Positions 10,001-20,032 of a stretch of 64,000 bases of DNA are shown in pieces. The translations under genes were made by a program, and so were the position numbers. How positions within the stretch are numbered: position 1 is the first letter of the stretch; each line of letters begins with the position of its first letter. This stretch comes from Hydrogenophaga sp. (GTDB taxonomy: Bacteria > Pseudomonadota > Gammaproteobacteria > Burkholderiales > Burkholderiaceae_C), in NCBI GenBank assembly GCA_030653975.1, contig JAURYH010000051.1, forward strand, positions 7,811 through 71,810. Reading direction: 5' to 3'. The notes beneath the pieces were generated by a model. It had not been told where the DNA came from and did no database searches. It was given only the letters and a program-made list of their open reading frames with translations.

Positions 10001-10552
10001 GACCGACACGCCATAGGTCACGAGCGGGATCACCACCAGCGCGCAGATCAAATAGCCCCAGGCGGGCGGGATGTCCAGCGCCAGCTCCAGCGCATAGGCC
10101 ATCACCGCCGCTTCGAGCGCGAAGAAGATGAAGGTGAACGAGGCGTAGATCAGCGAGGTGATGGTCGAGCCGATGTAGCCGAAGCCCGCGCCGCGCGTGA
10201 GCAGGTCCATGTCCACGCCGTAGCGCGCGGCGTAGATGCTGATGGGCAGGCCGGCCAGGAAGATGATCAGCCCGGTGACCAGGATGGCCCAGAACGCGTT
10301 GACAAAACCGTACTGCACCAGCAGCGTGGCACCCACCGCTTCCAGGATCAGGAAGGATGCTGCCCCAAACGCGGTGTTGGCCACGCGCCATTCGCTCCAC
10401 TTGCGGAAGCGCTGCGGCGTGTAGCGCAGCGCGTAGTCTTCCATGGTCTCGCTGCCGACCCAGCTGTTGTAGTCGCGGCGCACCTTGATGATGCGTTGGG
10501 GCGCTTCACTCAAAGGTGGAGCACTGGCTGGGACGGTGGGTTCAAGGTTCAC
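6998..10552 (-). CDS. Hybrid sensor histidine kinase with N-terminal permease-like membrane domain, Cys-rich linker, HisKA, HATPase and REC
   Basis: Many hydrophobic segments, then CVIC...HCPAY...CSLCC, ISHELRTPLN, NLLGNAVKF, DTGPG, GTGLGL and FMDLAMPGIDG. Start codon uncertain (GTG 10552 or TTG 10513). Confidence 0.9.
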   Translation of the reverse strand: MNLEPTVPASAPPLSEAPQRIIKVRRDYNSWVGSETMEDYALRYTPQRFRKWSEWRVANTAFGAASFLILEAVGATLLVQYGFVNAFWAILVTGLIIFLAGLPISIYAARYGVDMDLLTRGAGFGYIGSTITSLIYASFTFIFFALEAAVMAYALELALDIPPAWGYLICALVVIPLVTYGVSVISRFQVWTQPLWLVMMLVPFVAVWTLDPGAFSNVVHYGGESGAGVDFDWHLFGAALTVGIALITQMGEQADYLRFMPAPEKGRAWRWWAGVLAGGPGWVILGVLKMLGGALLAYLAISHMVPPERAVDPNQMYLAAYEYVFPNYGWAVAATALFVVVSQLKINVTNAYAGSLAWSNFFSRLTHSHPGRVVWVVFNTLIAFMLMEMNVFQALGEVLGLYSNLAIAWIMAVVADLVINKPLGWSPPGIEFKRAHLYDINPVGVGAMGLASALSIAAHMGLMGEGAQAFSAVIAMVTALVASPLIAWATRGRYYIARAAEVSGCGGACPHPNPLPEGEGATRGCAAAASGVTSLQRCVICEREYEAPDMAHCPAYQGHICSLCCTLDARCGDLCKPHARLSEQWQGALRTVLPQRMWPYLEAGLAHYLLLMLVVAPVLAAVLGFLYRQQVQGLGQGLQAVADASLLDAALRTGFLRVYAVLLLIAATVAWWLVLAHKSREVAQEESNRQTRLLMHEIESHRQTDQQLQRARQAADLANQAKSRYISTISHELRTPLNSILGYAQLLQEDSDIAPHRAQAIRVIHRGGEHLLSLIEGTLDIARIESGKLALDVKPMAFADAMQEVASMFELQAAAKGLRFVFESGNRLPDAVRADDKRLRQILINLLGNAVKFTRQGEVRLRVTHAREMAVFEVHDTGPGMAAPELDRVFEPFARGQAEAAAATSAGSTGTGLGLTIAKMLTDLMGGEMTVRSTLGEGTVFSVRLFLPELHGAVVRRDAAAPAVTAYEGPRRRVLVVDNEESDRELIARWLQPLGFEVLLATSGHDALAIVDALNPAGEGAPHAIFMDLAMPGIDGWETLRRLRARGWGGVPLAIVSANAFDKGLDNELGHSPQDFFVKPVRREELLNWLGQRLGLQWVTADAATQTGQVAHAPQPPAASSAAELAPLLELVRLGYYKGIVNWLDDWVRQRPEQADFAQGLRTLAREFRFEAIEQRLQQSATLP
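8992..9027. repeat. Palindromic REP-like element inside the kinase CDS
   Basis: CCCTCTCCC-TCT-GGGAGAGGG hairpin (8994-9014) followed by TTGGGGTGAGGGC. Confidence 0.75.
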
Positions 10553-10563
10553 GCACCGCTTGG

Positions 10564-10579
10564 TGCAGCATTCGTGCCA
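10564..10579 (-). promoter_or_regulatory. Putative sigma54 (-24/-12) promoter of the kinase/regulator pair
   Basis: Minus strand TGGCACGAATGCTGCA = GG-N10-GC with TGGCAC. Confidence 0.65.
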
Positions 10580-10639
10580 CGGCTGTTCATTTCACAGGCT
10601 TCTGCGAAACTGGCGGCCTCAACCCGGAACCCATTCAGC

Positions 10640-11488
10640 ATGCGACAACTCTCCCCCCAGGGTCAGCAGATCCTCAATCACATTGCCCAGCGCCACGGCT
10701 TCAGTTTCGACGCCACGCTCTCCATGCTCGAATCCGTGATCCACGGCAACGGCAACATGGCCCAGTTCAACCACCCCGAATTCAGCGGCTCGGGCCAGTG
10801 GATGCGCGGCGGCATGACCATGGTGTCGGACATGTTCAACAACCACCTCAAGGGCCGGGTCGACAACCTGTGCAGCGAGCTGTCCAACCTGATCGCCAAC
10901 CAGCCCGACCTGCTGCGCAGCGGCAGCTTTCAAAGCCAGAGCCAGGGCGGCAGCCACCACAACCAGATCCAGGCCAACCACGCGGGCGGCGGCCAGCAAA
11001 GCCAGGGCGACAGCGGCTTTGGCGCCAACAGCCTGTTTGTGCCGCCCGCGCCCGGCGCCAGCGGCGACTGGTGACCGGCCGACCTGCGCTGGCCCAGCAG
11101 CACCGGTGCGCAAAACCACGTGCGCTACGCGTACTTCGCACAGGCACGGCGCCTGGTGATCGAGGTCCATGGCTCGGTCACGGTCTACGACACGCTGGAC
11201 CACCAGATCGGCGGCTTCTCGCAGCAGCAATCGGTGGGCGGCACGCTGTCGTTTTCGAGCCAGTACGGCCTGATCGACGTGGCCAGCCTGCCGGTGATCT
11301 CGCGCGACGGCATGGCTGTGCCAGCCGCGGCGCCCCTGCCAAGCAGTTTTCAGCACAACAACCCACCCGACGCCGGTTCGCCAGACATCTTTGCCGCCAT
11401 CGAGCGCCTGGCTGGCCTGCACACCAAGGGCCTGCTGACCGACGCCGAATACAGCAGCAAAAAGGCCGAGCTGCTGGCCCGGTTGTGA
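10640..11488 (+). pseudogene. SHOCT-domain protein gene interrupted by an in-frame TGA at 11072-11074
   Basis: The frame continues past GAC TGG TGA CCG without a shift to 11488. The C-terminus IFAAIERLAGLHTKGLLTDAEYSSKKAELL is SHOCT-like. Confidence 0.7.
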
Positions 11489-11494
11489 GGGCAA

Positions 11495-11510
11495 AGGCAC
11501 GGAATTTGCT
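11495..11510 (+). promoter_or_regulatory. Putative sigma54 (-24/-12) promoter of the urease operon
   Basis: AGGCACGGAATTTGCT = GG-N10-GC with TTGC, about 100 nt upstream of ureA. Confidence 0.65.
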
Positions 11511-11610
11511 CGACAGCGTTACAAACCGAACCCCGAACGCGCCATGGAACTCACCCCCCGTGCTCGGCCAGCCTTTGCGGCCGCGCGATCTGACTATTGA
11601 GTGAAACGAC

Positions 11611-11913
11611 ATGGAACTGACTCCTCGCGAAAAAGACAAGCTGCTGATCTTCACCGCCGCCCTGCTGGCCGAGCGGCGCAAGGCGCGCGGCCTGAAACTC
11701 AACTACCCCGAAGCCGTGGCCCTGATCAGCGCTGCGGTGATGGAAGGCGCGCGCGACGGAAAGACCGTGGCGCAGCTCATGAGCGAAGGCCGCAACGTGC
11801 TCACGCGCGACGATGTGATGGAAGGCATCGCCGAGATGATCCCGGACATCCAGGTCGAGGCCACGTTTCCGGATGGCACCAAGCTGGTGACGGTGCACCA
11901 GCCCATACCGTAA
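11611..11913 (+). CDS. ureA: Urease subunit gamma
   Basis: [14 protein letters not shown]...LNYPEA...[18 protein letters not shown]. Confidence 0.98.
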   Translation: MELTPREKDKLLIFTAALLAERRKARGLKLNYPEAVALISAAVMEGARDGKTVAQLMSEGRNVLTRDDVMEGIAEMIPDIQVEATFPDGTKLVTVHQPIP

Positions 11914-11988
11914 CCCCCCCGCGTCGGGCTTCGCCCGCCCCCCCAAGGGGCGATGCGAGTGGCCCGGCGAAGCCGGTTCCACCGCATC
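11914..11988 (+). repeat. Structured intergenic repeat, family A copy 1
   Basis: GC hairpin + CCCC-AA-GGGG + GATGCG-AGTGG-CCCGGC-GAA-GCCGG-TTCCAC-CGCATC. Confidence 0.8.
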
Positions 11989-12042
11989 CCCGGACTCAGA
12001 CACTTCGCGCCGACCGCTTGTTCTTTTATTTGGAGCCCAGAC

Positions 12043-12204
12043 ATGAAATCGCTGCTCACCCTGTCCGCTGCCCTTGCGTACCTGCCCGCCTTCGCCCACG
12101 ACGGACACGGCCTGTTCGGCAGCCACTGGCACCCCACCGACGCGCTGGGTTTTGTGGCGGTGGCCGGCCTGATCGCGCTGGCGGTCTGGCTGTCGAAGAA
12201 GTGA
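12043..12204 (+). CDS. 53-aa His-containing membrane/exported protein in the urease operon (UreJ/HupE-like N-terminus)
   Basis: [30 protein letters not shown] resembles a signal peptide followed by His; hydrophobic C-terminus; sits between ureA and ureB. Confidence 0.65.
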   Translation: MKSLLTLSAALAYLPAFAHDGHGLFGSHWHPTDALGFVAVAGLIALAVWLSKK

Positions 12205-12214
12205 GGGAGACCCC

Positions 12215-12520
12215 ATGATCCCCGGTGAATATTTTGTAGACGCAGGGGAACACCCCCTCAACCCCGGCCGCCGCACGCTCACCCTGGTGGTGCAGAACAC
12301 CGCCAACCGCCCGGTGCAGGTCGGCTCGCACTACCACTTTGCCGAAACCAACGCCGCGCTCGGCTTCGACCGCGCTGCCGCAAAAGGCATGCGGCTGAAC
12401 ATCGCGGCCGGCACCGCCGTGCGCTTCGAACCCGGACAACAACGCACGGTGGAACTGGTGGACTTTGCGGGCGACCGCATCGTGATCGGCTTCCGCGGTC
12501 TGGTGCAAGGCGCCGTCTGA
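12215..12520 (+). CDS. ureB: Urease subunit beta
   Basis: MIPGEY...[15 protein letters not shown]...AVRFEPG. Confidence 0.98.
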   Translation: MIPGEYFVDAGEHPLNPGRRTLTLVVQNTANRPVQVGSHYHFAETNAALGFDRAAAKGMRLNIAAGTAVRFEPGQQRTVELVDFAGDRIVIGFRGLVQGAV

Positions 12521-12539
12521 GCAAACAGGAACGACAAAC

Positions 12540-14258
<1,719 letters not shown>

Positions 14259-14279
14259 CCATCCCAAGCTCTGTCATTC

Positions 14280-14858
14280 ATGCTTCAAGCTTCCAAGCTC
14301 ATCCCCCAGGCCCAGGGCCTCGCCCCTGCGTTGGTGCGCCGTGCCGCGCACGTCGAACTGGACTGGGATGTGCGCCAGAAGAGCCGTTTTGACGCCACCG
14401 CGTCCGATGGCCGCAGCGTCGGCGTGTTCCTGCCGCGTGGCACCGTGGTGCGCGGCGGCGACGTGCTGATCACGCAGGACGGATCGCTCATCCGCGTGGT
14501 CGCTGCAGCGCAGACCGTGCTGAAGATCACCGCCTGCGCCGACCACAGCCACGGCCATGCACACGACGGCGCCTTCGACCTCATGCGCGCCGCCTACCAC
14601 CTGGGCAACCGCCACGTGCCCATCGAGCTGCAACCAGACCACCTCAAGATCGAGCCCGACCACGTGCTGGCCGACATGCTGCGCTCCCAGCACCTGACGG
14701 TGACCGAGGTGCGTGAACCGTTCGAGCCCGAGGGCGGCGCCTACGGGCAGCACAGCGGCGGACACAGCCATGCCCATGGCGGCCGCGCGCACGACCATGA
14801 CCATGCTGCGCACGACCACCACGGACACGAGCACGCCGCAGGACATGCACACGACTGA
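14280..14858 (+). CDS. ureE: Urease accessory nickel chaperone with His-rich tail
   Basis: [32 protein letters not shown] followed by a poly-His tail. Confidence 0.96.
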   Translation: MLQASKLIPQAQGLAPALVRRAAHVELDWDVRQKSRFDATASDGRSVGVFLPRGTVVRGGDVLITQDGSLIRVVAAAQTVLKITACADHSHGHAHDGAFDLMRAAYHLGNRHVPIELQPDHLKIEPDHVLADMLRSQHLTVTEVREPFEPEGGAYGQHSGGHSHAHGGRAHDHDHAAHDHHGHEHAAGHAHD

Positions 14859-15570
14859 CGCCAGCACGGCCGCCACGGCGCCGCGCTCGGCCGCCGGCCT
14901 GCTGCAGATCCTGTGGCTGGCCTCGCCGGCCCTGCCGGTGGGCGGTTTTTCCTACTCCGAAGGTCTGGAAGCCGCGGTGGACGCGGGCCTGGTGAGCGAC
15001 GAGGCCAGTGCAGCCCGGTGGCTCATCGACCAGTTGCACCTGGGCCTGGCGCGCGCCGACCTGGCTGTCGTCGCGCAGGCCATTCCCGCCTGGCGCGCGG
15101 ACGATTTCGCCCGCATCCAGGCGCTCAACGCCTGGGTGCTGCAGACCCGGGAAACACACGAGTTCCGCCTGCAGACCGAACAGATGGGCCGCTCGATGCT
15201 GGAGTGGGCGCGTTGCCTGGGTGAACTGGGCTCCGGCATCTTCGAACGCCTGCAGTCGGCCCGGCTCGACCCCGCCAGCTACCCCGTGGCCATGGCCTGC
15301 GCAGCGGCCAGCACCGATGCCAGCGTGCGCGACAGCCTGATCGGCTTTGCCTTCGGCTGGGCCGAAAACATGGTGCAGGCCGCCATCAAGTCCGTGCCGC
15401 TGGGCCAGAGCGCGGGCCAGCGCATGCTGGCGCGGCTGGCACAAGACATCCCCGCCGCGGTGGACCACGCGATGAGTCTCACCGATCACACCCGCCAGGC
15501 CTTCTCGCCGCTGCTGGCCATCCATTCGGCCCGCCACGAAACCCAGTATTCACGCCTCTTCCGCTCCTGA
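14845..15570 (+). CDS. ureF: Urease accessory protein F
   Basis: [18 protein letters not shown]...PLGQSAGQ...[14 protein letters not shown] 14845 overlaps the ureE end. Confidence 0.96.
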   Translation: MHTTDASTAATAPRSAAGLLQILWLASPALPVGGFSYSEGLEAAVDAGLVSDEASAARWLIDQLHLGLARADLAVVAQAIPAWRADDFARIQALNAWVLQTRETHEFRLQTEQMGRSMLEWARCLGELGSGIFERLQSARLDPASYPVAMACAAASTDASVRDSLIGFAFGWAENMVQAAIKSVPLGQSAGQRMLARLAQDIPAAVDHAMSLTDHTRQAFSPLLAIHSARHETQYSRLFRS

Positions 15571-15593
15571 CTGTTTTCCCCCACCATTGCCCC

Positions 15594-16277
<684 letters not shown>

Positions 16278-16343
16278 TTCCCGCTCGATGGGCCGCGACC
16301 AACCGGGCCACAGGCTAAAATCCTGCTCGCAACAACCGCATCC

Positions 16344-16431
16344 GGAGACGTGGGTGAGTGGTTTAAACCAGCAGTCTTGAAAACTGCCGACTCGCAAGGG
16401 TCCGTGAGTTCGAATCTCACCGTCTCCGCCA
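16344..16431 (+). tRNA. tRNA-Ser (anticodon TGA)
   Basis: GGAGACG/CGTCTCC acceptor stem, GCAGT-CTTGAAA-ACTGC anticodon arm, long variable arm, GTTCGAATC, encoded CCA. Confidence 0.96.
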
Positions 16432-16442
16432 AAACCAAGAAC

Positions 16443-16470
16443 AACGGGCCCTCGCGGCCCGTTTTCCATT
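16443..16470 (+). terminator. Intrinsic terminator after tRNA-Ser
   Basis: AACGGGCC-CTCGC-GGCCCGTT followed by TT-CCATT. Confidence 0.65.
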
Positions 16471-16531
16471 TCTCGTCCGACGCCAGGTTGAAAGTGACCG
16501 GAGATGGAGGGTCGCCACCCGATAATCGGAC

Positions 16532-19090
16532 ATGAGCCCACTCCCAAGCCACGACATCGGTGCACGCCCTTCGAGTGCAGTTCGTGCCGTGGGTTTGGGG
16601 GCCTCGGCTGGTGGACTGGCCGTACTCGAGCAGTTCCTGGCTCAGGTTCCGCCGTTGAGCGGTCTTGCCTACGTCGTTGTCCAGCATCTGGATCCAACGC
16701 ACAAGGCGATGCTCGTGCAACTTTTGCAGCGCGCAACGACCATGCAGGTGGTCGAGGCGGCTGACACGATGCGTCTGGAACCCGATGTGGTCTATGTCAT
16801 TCCGCCCAACAAGGAGTTGACGTTGGTCGGAGGTGTGTTGCACCTCGCAGAACCTGCTCAGCCTCGCGGCATGAGACTGCCCATCGATCTGTTGTTTTCA
16901 TCGCTTGCGCGCGACCAGGGAGAACAGTCCATTGGGGTGGTTCTGTCGGGTATGGGGTCGGACGGCACCTTGGGTTTGCAGGCCATCAAATCGCAGGGCG
17001 GCCTGACACTGGCCCAGTTGCCTGAATCGGCGCAGTTCGACTCCATGCCCAAGAGTGCCATCGCCGCGGGTTGCGTCGACATCATCGGCCTGGCCTCCGA
17101 ACTGCCCGATCGCATCGTTCACATCACCGAAGAAAAGCAAGGCGTTTCCCTGTTGCCGGAGGGTGGTGCTGACAGCAACGGGAACGCGCTGGCATCGATT
17201 TTGGGCTTGCTGAAGGACCGCAGCAAACACGACCTCTCGGACTACAAGCCCAGCACACTGCGCCGGCGTATCCAGCGACGTCTGGGCGTACACGGCTTGA
17301 CCACCCATGAAGCGTATGAAGCGTTCGTGAGGCAGAACCCGCAGGAACTGGACCTGCTCTTCAAGGAGATGCTCATTGGCGTGACCAGTTTCTTCCGCGA
17401 CCCCACGGTCTGGCAGGAACTCAAGGACGTGGTCATGCCCGCCCTGCTGGCGCGCTGCGCGCAGGGAACCCGACTTCGGGCCTGGGTGGTTGGATGTTCC
17501 ACGGGCGAAGAGGCTTACTCCCTGGCCATGGTCTTCAAGGAGTCGGTAGCCGAATTCACCGGGACCGAGAGCCCTTCACTGCAGATTTTCGCCAGTGACT
17601 TGAGCGCCGACGCCATCGCTGTTGCCCGCAAGGGGCATTACCCACAGAAAATCGCAGGCGAAGTGGGTCCAGCACGGTTGGCCACGTTTTTCACGGCCCA
17701 GGATGGCGGTTTTCTGATCAACAAGGAGATTCGGGAAATGGTGCTGTTCGCGCAGCACGATGTGATTCTCGACCCCCCCTTCACCAAGCTTGACCTGCTC
17801 TCGTGCCGCAACCTGATGATCTATTTCAATGCGCCACTGCAAAGTCGCCTGATGCCACTCTTCAGCTACAGCTTGCGCCCGGGTGGTGTGCTGTTGCTTG
17901 GAGGCTCCGAGACCACTGGAAACTCGCAAACCCTGTTCACGCCACTGAGTCTGAAGTCCCGGCTCTATTGGCGCAATGAAAATGCGGTCAACATGGGTTC
18001 GGTGTATTTTCCGATCAGCCCTCGCCGGCCCGTGAGCCGGCTTCCTCAGGAGTTCAAGGTGTCCCCATCGGCTGTCCTTCCCGCCAATTTGCAGACCCAC
18101 GCTGAGCAAGCACTGCTTCGAGAGTTCTCCCCTGCGGCTGTGCTGGTCAACGACCAGGGCGACGTCGTGTACATCAACGGCCGCGTAGGCAAGTACCTTG
18201 AGCCCGCGTCCGGAAAAGCCAACTGGAACATTCATGTCATGGCCCGGCCCAGCATCCGGACCCAGATTGCAGCGGCGCTGCGTCAAGCCTTACAGGACAA
18301 AGGCCGTGTGGAGGTGCGCGATCTGCGGCTGAGCGAGGAACCTGCGCAAACCTCGCTGGATGTGATCGTCAAGGTCATGCAGGAACCCCATTCTTTGGCC
18401 GGCCTGGTGATGATCGTCTTCCATGAGGTGGCTGCGCCACCACCGACCAAGCGCAGGCGAAGAGCATCCGATGGTGTGGTTGACCCGCAGATGGTCGAAG
18501 AACTGCAGCGCCGCAAGGAAGAAATCGACGCCTTGCGCCAGGAGATGGGAGCCTCAGCCGAAGAGTTGCAGGCGACCAACGAGGAGTTGCAGTCAACCAA
18601 TGAGGAACTGCAGTCGGCCAACGAAGAACTGACCACCTCCAAGGAAGAGTCGCAGTCGATGAACGAGGAGCTCCAGACGCTGAACCAGGAGCTGCAAACG
18701 AAGCTGGACGACCTGGCTCTTGCGCAGAGCGACATGCAAAACCTGCTCAACAGCACCGACATTGCCACCCTGTTCCTGGACAGCGAATTGAACGTGCGTC
18801 GTTATACCGAGCAGATCACCCGCATCATCCACCTGCGGGAAGGTGATATCGGGCGGCCGCTGACCGATCTGGCCAGCACGCTGAACTACCCCACGCTCAA
18901 CGATGACGCCAGGCAAACGCTGAAGACGCTGACATTGACCGAGAAAGAGATCACGACCACGGACGGCTTCTGGTTTCTGGTGCGGATCAAGCCCTACCGA
19001 ACGTTGACCAACGTGATCCAGGGCGTGGTCATCACGCTGATCGACATCACCGCGGCCAAAAAGCTCGAGTCCCGTCTGCGCAACGGGTAG
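16532..19090 (+). CDS. CheB/CheR fusion with coiled coil and PAS domains
   Basis: CheB triad motifs GASAGG, VQHL and GMGSDG; CheR motif GCSTGEEAYSLA; heptad run EELQATNEELQSTNEELQSANEEL; C-terminal PAS. Confidence 0.92.
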   Translation: MSPLPSHDIGARPSSAVRAVGLGASAGGLAVLEQFLAQVPPLSGLAYVVVQHLDPTHKAMLVQLLQRATTMQVVEAADTMRLEPDVVYVIPPNKELTLVGGVLHLAEPAQPRGMRLPIDLLFSSLARDQGEQSIGVVLSGMGSDGTLGLQAIKSQGGLTLAQLPESAQFDSMPKSAIAAGCVDIIGLASELPDRIVHITEEKQGVSLLPEGGADSNGNALASILGLLKDRSKHDLSDYKPSTLRRRIQRRLGVHGLTTHEAYEAFVRQNPQELDLLFKEMLIGVTSFFRDPTVWQELKDVVMPALLARCAQGTRLRAWVVGCSTGEEAYSLAMVFKESVAEFTGTESPSLQIFASDLSADAIAVARKGHYPQKIAGEVGPARLATFFTAQDGGFLINKEIREMVLFAQHDVILDPPFTKLDLLSCRNLMIYFNAPLQSRLMPLFSYSLRPGGVLLLGGSETTGNSQTLFTPLSLKSRLYWRNENAVNMGSVYFPISPRRPVSRLPQEFKVSPSAVLPANLQTHAEQALLREFSPAAVLVNDQGDVVYINGRVGKYLEPASGKANWNIHVMARPSIRTQIAAALRQALQDKGRVEVRDLRLSEEPAQTSLDVIVKVMQEPHSLAGLVMIVFHEVAAPPPTKRRRRASDGVVDPQMVEELQRRKEEIDALRQEMGASAEELQATNEELQSTNEELQSANEELTTSKEESQSMNEELQTLNQELQTKLDDLALAQSDMQNLLNSTDIATLFLDSELNVRRYTEQITRIIHLREGDIGRPLTDLASTLNYPTLNDDARQTLKTLTLTEKEITTTDGFWFLVRIKPYRTLTNVIQGVVITLIDITAAKKLESRLRNG

Positions 19091-19133
19091 AGTGCACTCA
19101 TCCGTTTTGAGCATTCACCTTTCAGGAGCCTTT

Positions 19134-19733
19134 ATGTCACACGTCGCTGAAACCACGTCGAATCTGTCGAACCTGCGCGTGCGAGCGGTGACGCAATTGA
19201 CCGATGGCATCCGGAACGATCTCGCGCGCGCCAGCACATCAGAGGCGATGGCTGTGTTGTTCAGGCTCGCGTCGTCGCCCTCCACGGCAGGCGATGCCCT
19301 TGCGCTGTTGCACGAACTCCAGGTCCACCAGGTCGAAGTGGAGATGCAGGACGAGGAACTTCGCCATTCCAGAGTCGAGCTGGAGAGCGCCTTGATCCGC
19401 CAGACGACCCTCTTCGAACATGCGCCCGCGGCGTACCTGATCATCGACGAGGCCACCGTGCTGTGCGAAATCAACCTTGCTGGCGTGCGACTGCTCGGCG
19501 CTGCGAGCAATGAATTGTTGGGTCGTCCGCTCGCCAGTTTCCTGTCGGCGGCCAGCGGCGAAGAATTGCAGAAGATGCTCGCGCGGGCGCGGGAGGGTGC
19601 TGTACCCGAGACCTGCGAGTTGCAGTTGTTGCCACAAGCCGGCGTCATTCGCAAGCTGCATGGCACTGCCGGCTGGGAAGACTCGTCGGGACACTTCCTC
19701 CTGGTGCTGCTGGCGCTGCCGTCGCCAGGATAG
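19134..19733 (+). CDS. PAS-domain protein
   Basis: AGGAG RBS. LHELQVHQVEVEMQDEEL coiled coil, then LFEHAPAAYLIID...EINLAGVRLLG PAS-like segment. Confidence 0.8.
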   Translation: MSHVAETTSNLSNLRVRAVTQLTDGIRNDLARASTSEAMAVLFRLASSPSTAGDALALLHELQVHQVEVEMQDEELRHSRVELESALIRQTTLFEHAPAAYLIIDEATVLCEINLAGVRLLGAASNELLGRPLASFLSAASGEELQKMLARAREGAVPETCELQLLPQAGVIRKLHGTAGWEDSSGHFLLVLLALPSPG

Positions 19734-19867
19734 GGCCTTGGTTTTGGCCGCGTGACAAAACCACGGCCCACACCACCACTCGTCACCCCCTGCCGATGGC
19801 ATCGCCGGTGGGCCCCGCCGTTTCAGTCTTTACCGACAATATTGAAAATGGCAAAAAAGTCATTTTA

Positions 19868-19880
19868 AATCAATGACTTA
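19868..19880 (+). promoter_or_regulatory. IHF consensus site within an 8-bp palindrome
   Basis: AATCAATGACTTA matches WATCAANNNNTTR; AAGTCATT (19857-19864) pairs with AATGACTT (19872-19879). Confidence 0.5.
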
Positions 19881-19968
19881 CAAACAAAATACAAGAACAG
19901 GTGGCAGATGTTCGCGTTGCCTTCAGCGTCCGAGTGGTTCTTTGCATCAGGGTCATGGAACTATTCAA

Positions 19969-19995
19969 TTAGCACTCCCTCATAGTGAGTGCTAA
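19969..19995. promoter_or_regulatory. CIRCE element (HrcA operator)
   Basis: Exact TTAGCACTC-N9-GAGTGCTAA, upstream of rpoH. Confidence 0.93.
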
Positions 19996-20032
19996 TATTT
20001 ATAAAAGACCAACCTTAGGAGGGCTCTTCTAC

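Noticed and set aside
9020-10639. Long plus-strand ORF 9020-11074
   Set aside because: Mostly antisense shadow of the kinase; only the part from ATG 10640 looks protein-like.
11072-11074. Selenocysteine or genome-wide TGA recoding
   Set aside because: The context suggests Trp rather than Cys, no SECIS could be established, and many genes here terminate with TGA.
14760-14858. UreE poly-His tail as a novelty
   Set aside because: His-rich tails are a well-known nickel-storage feature of UreE.
16432-19980. Prophage or ICE integrated at tRNA-Ser
   Set aside because: No integrase, phage or conjugation genes, and no duplicated tRNA 3' end was found.
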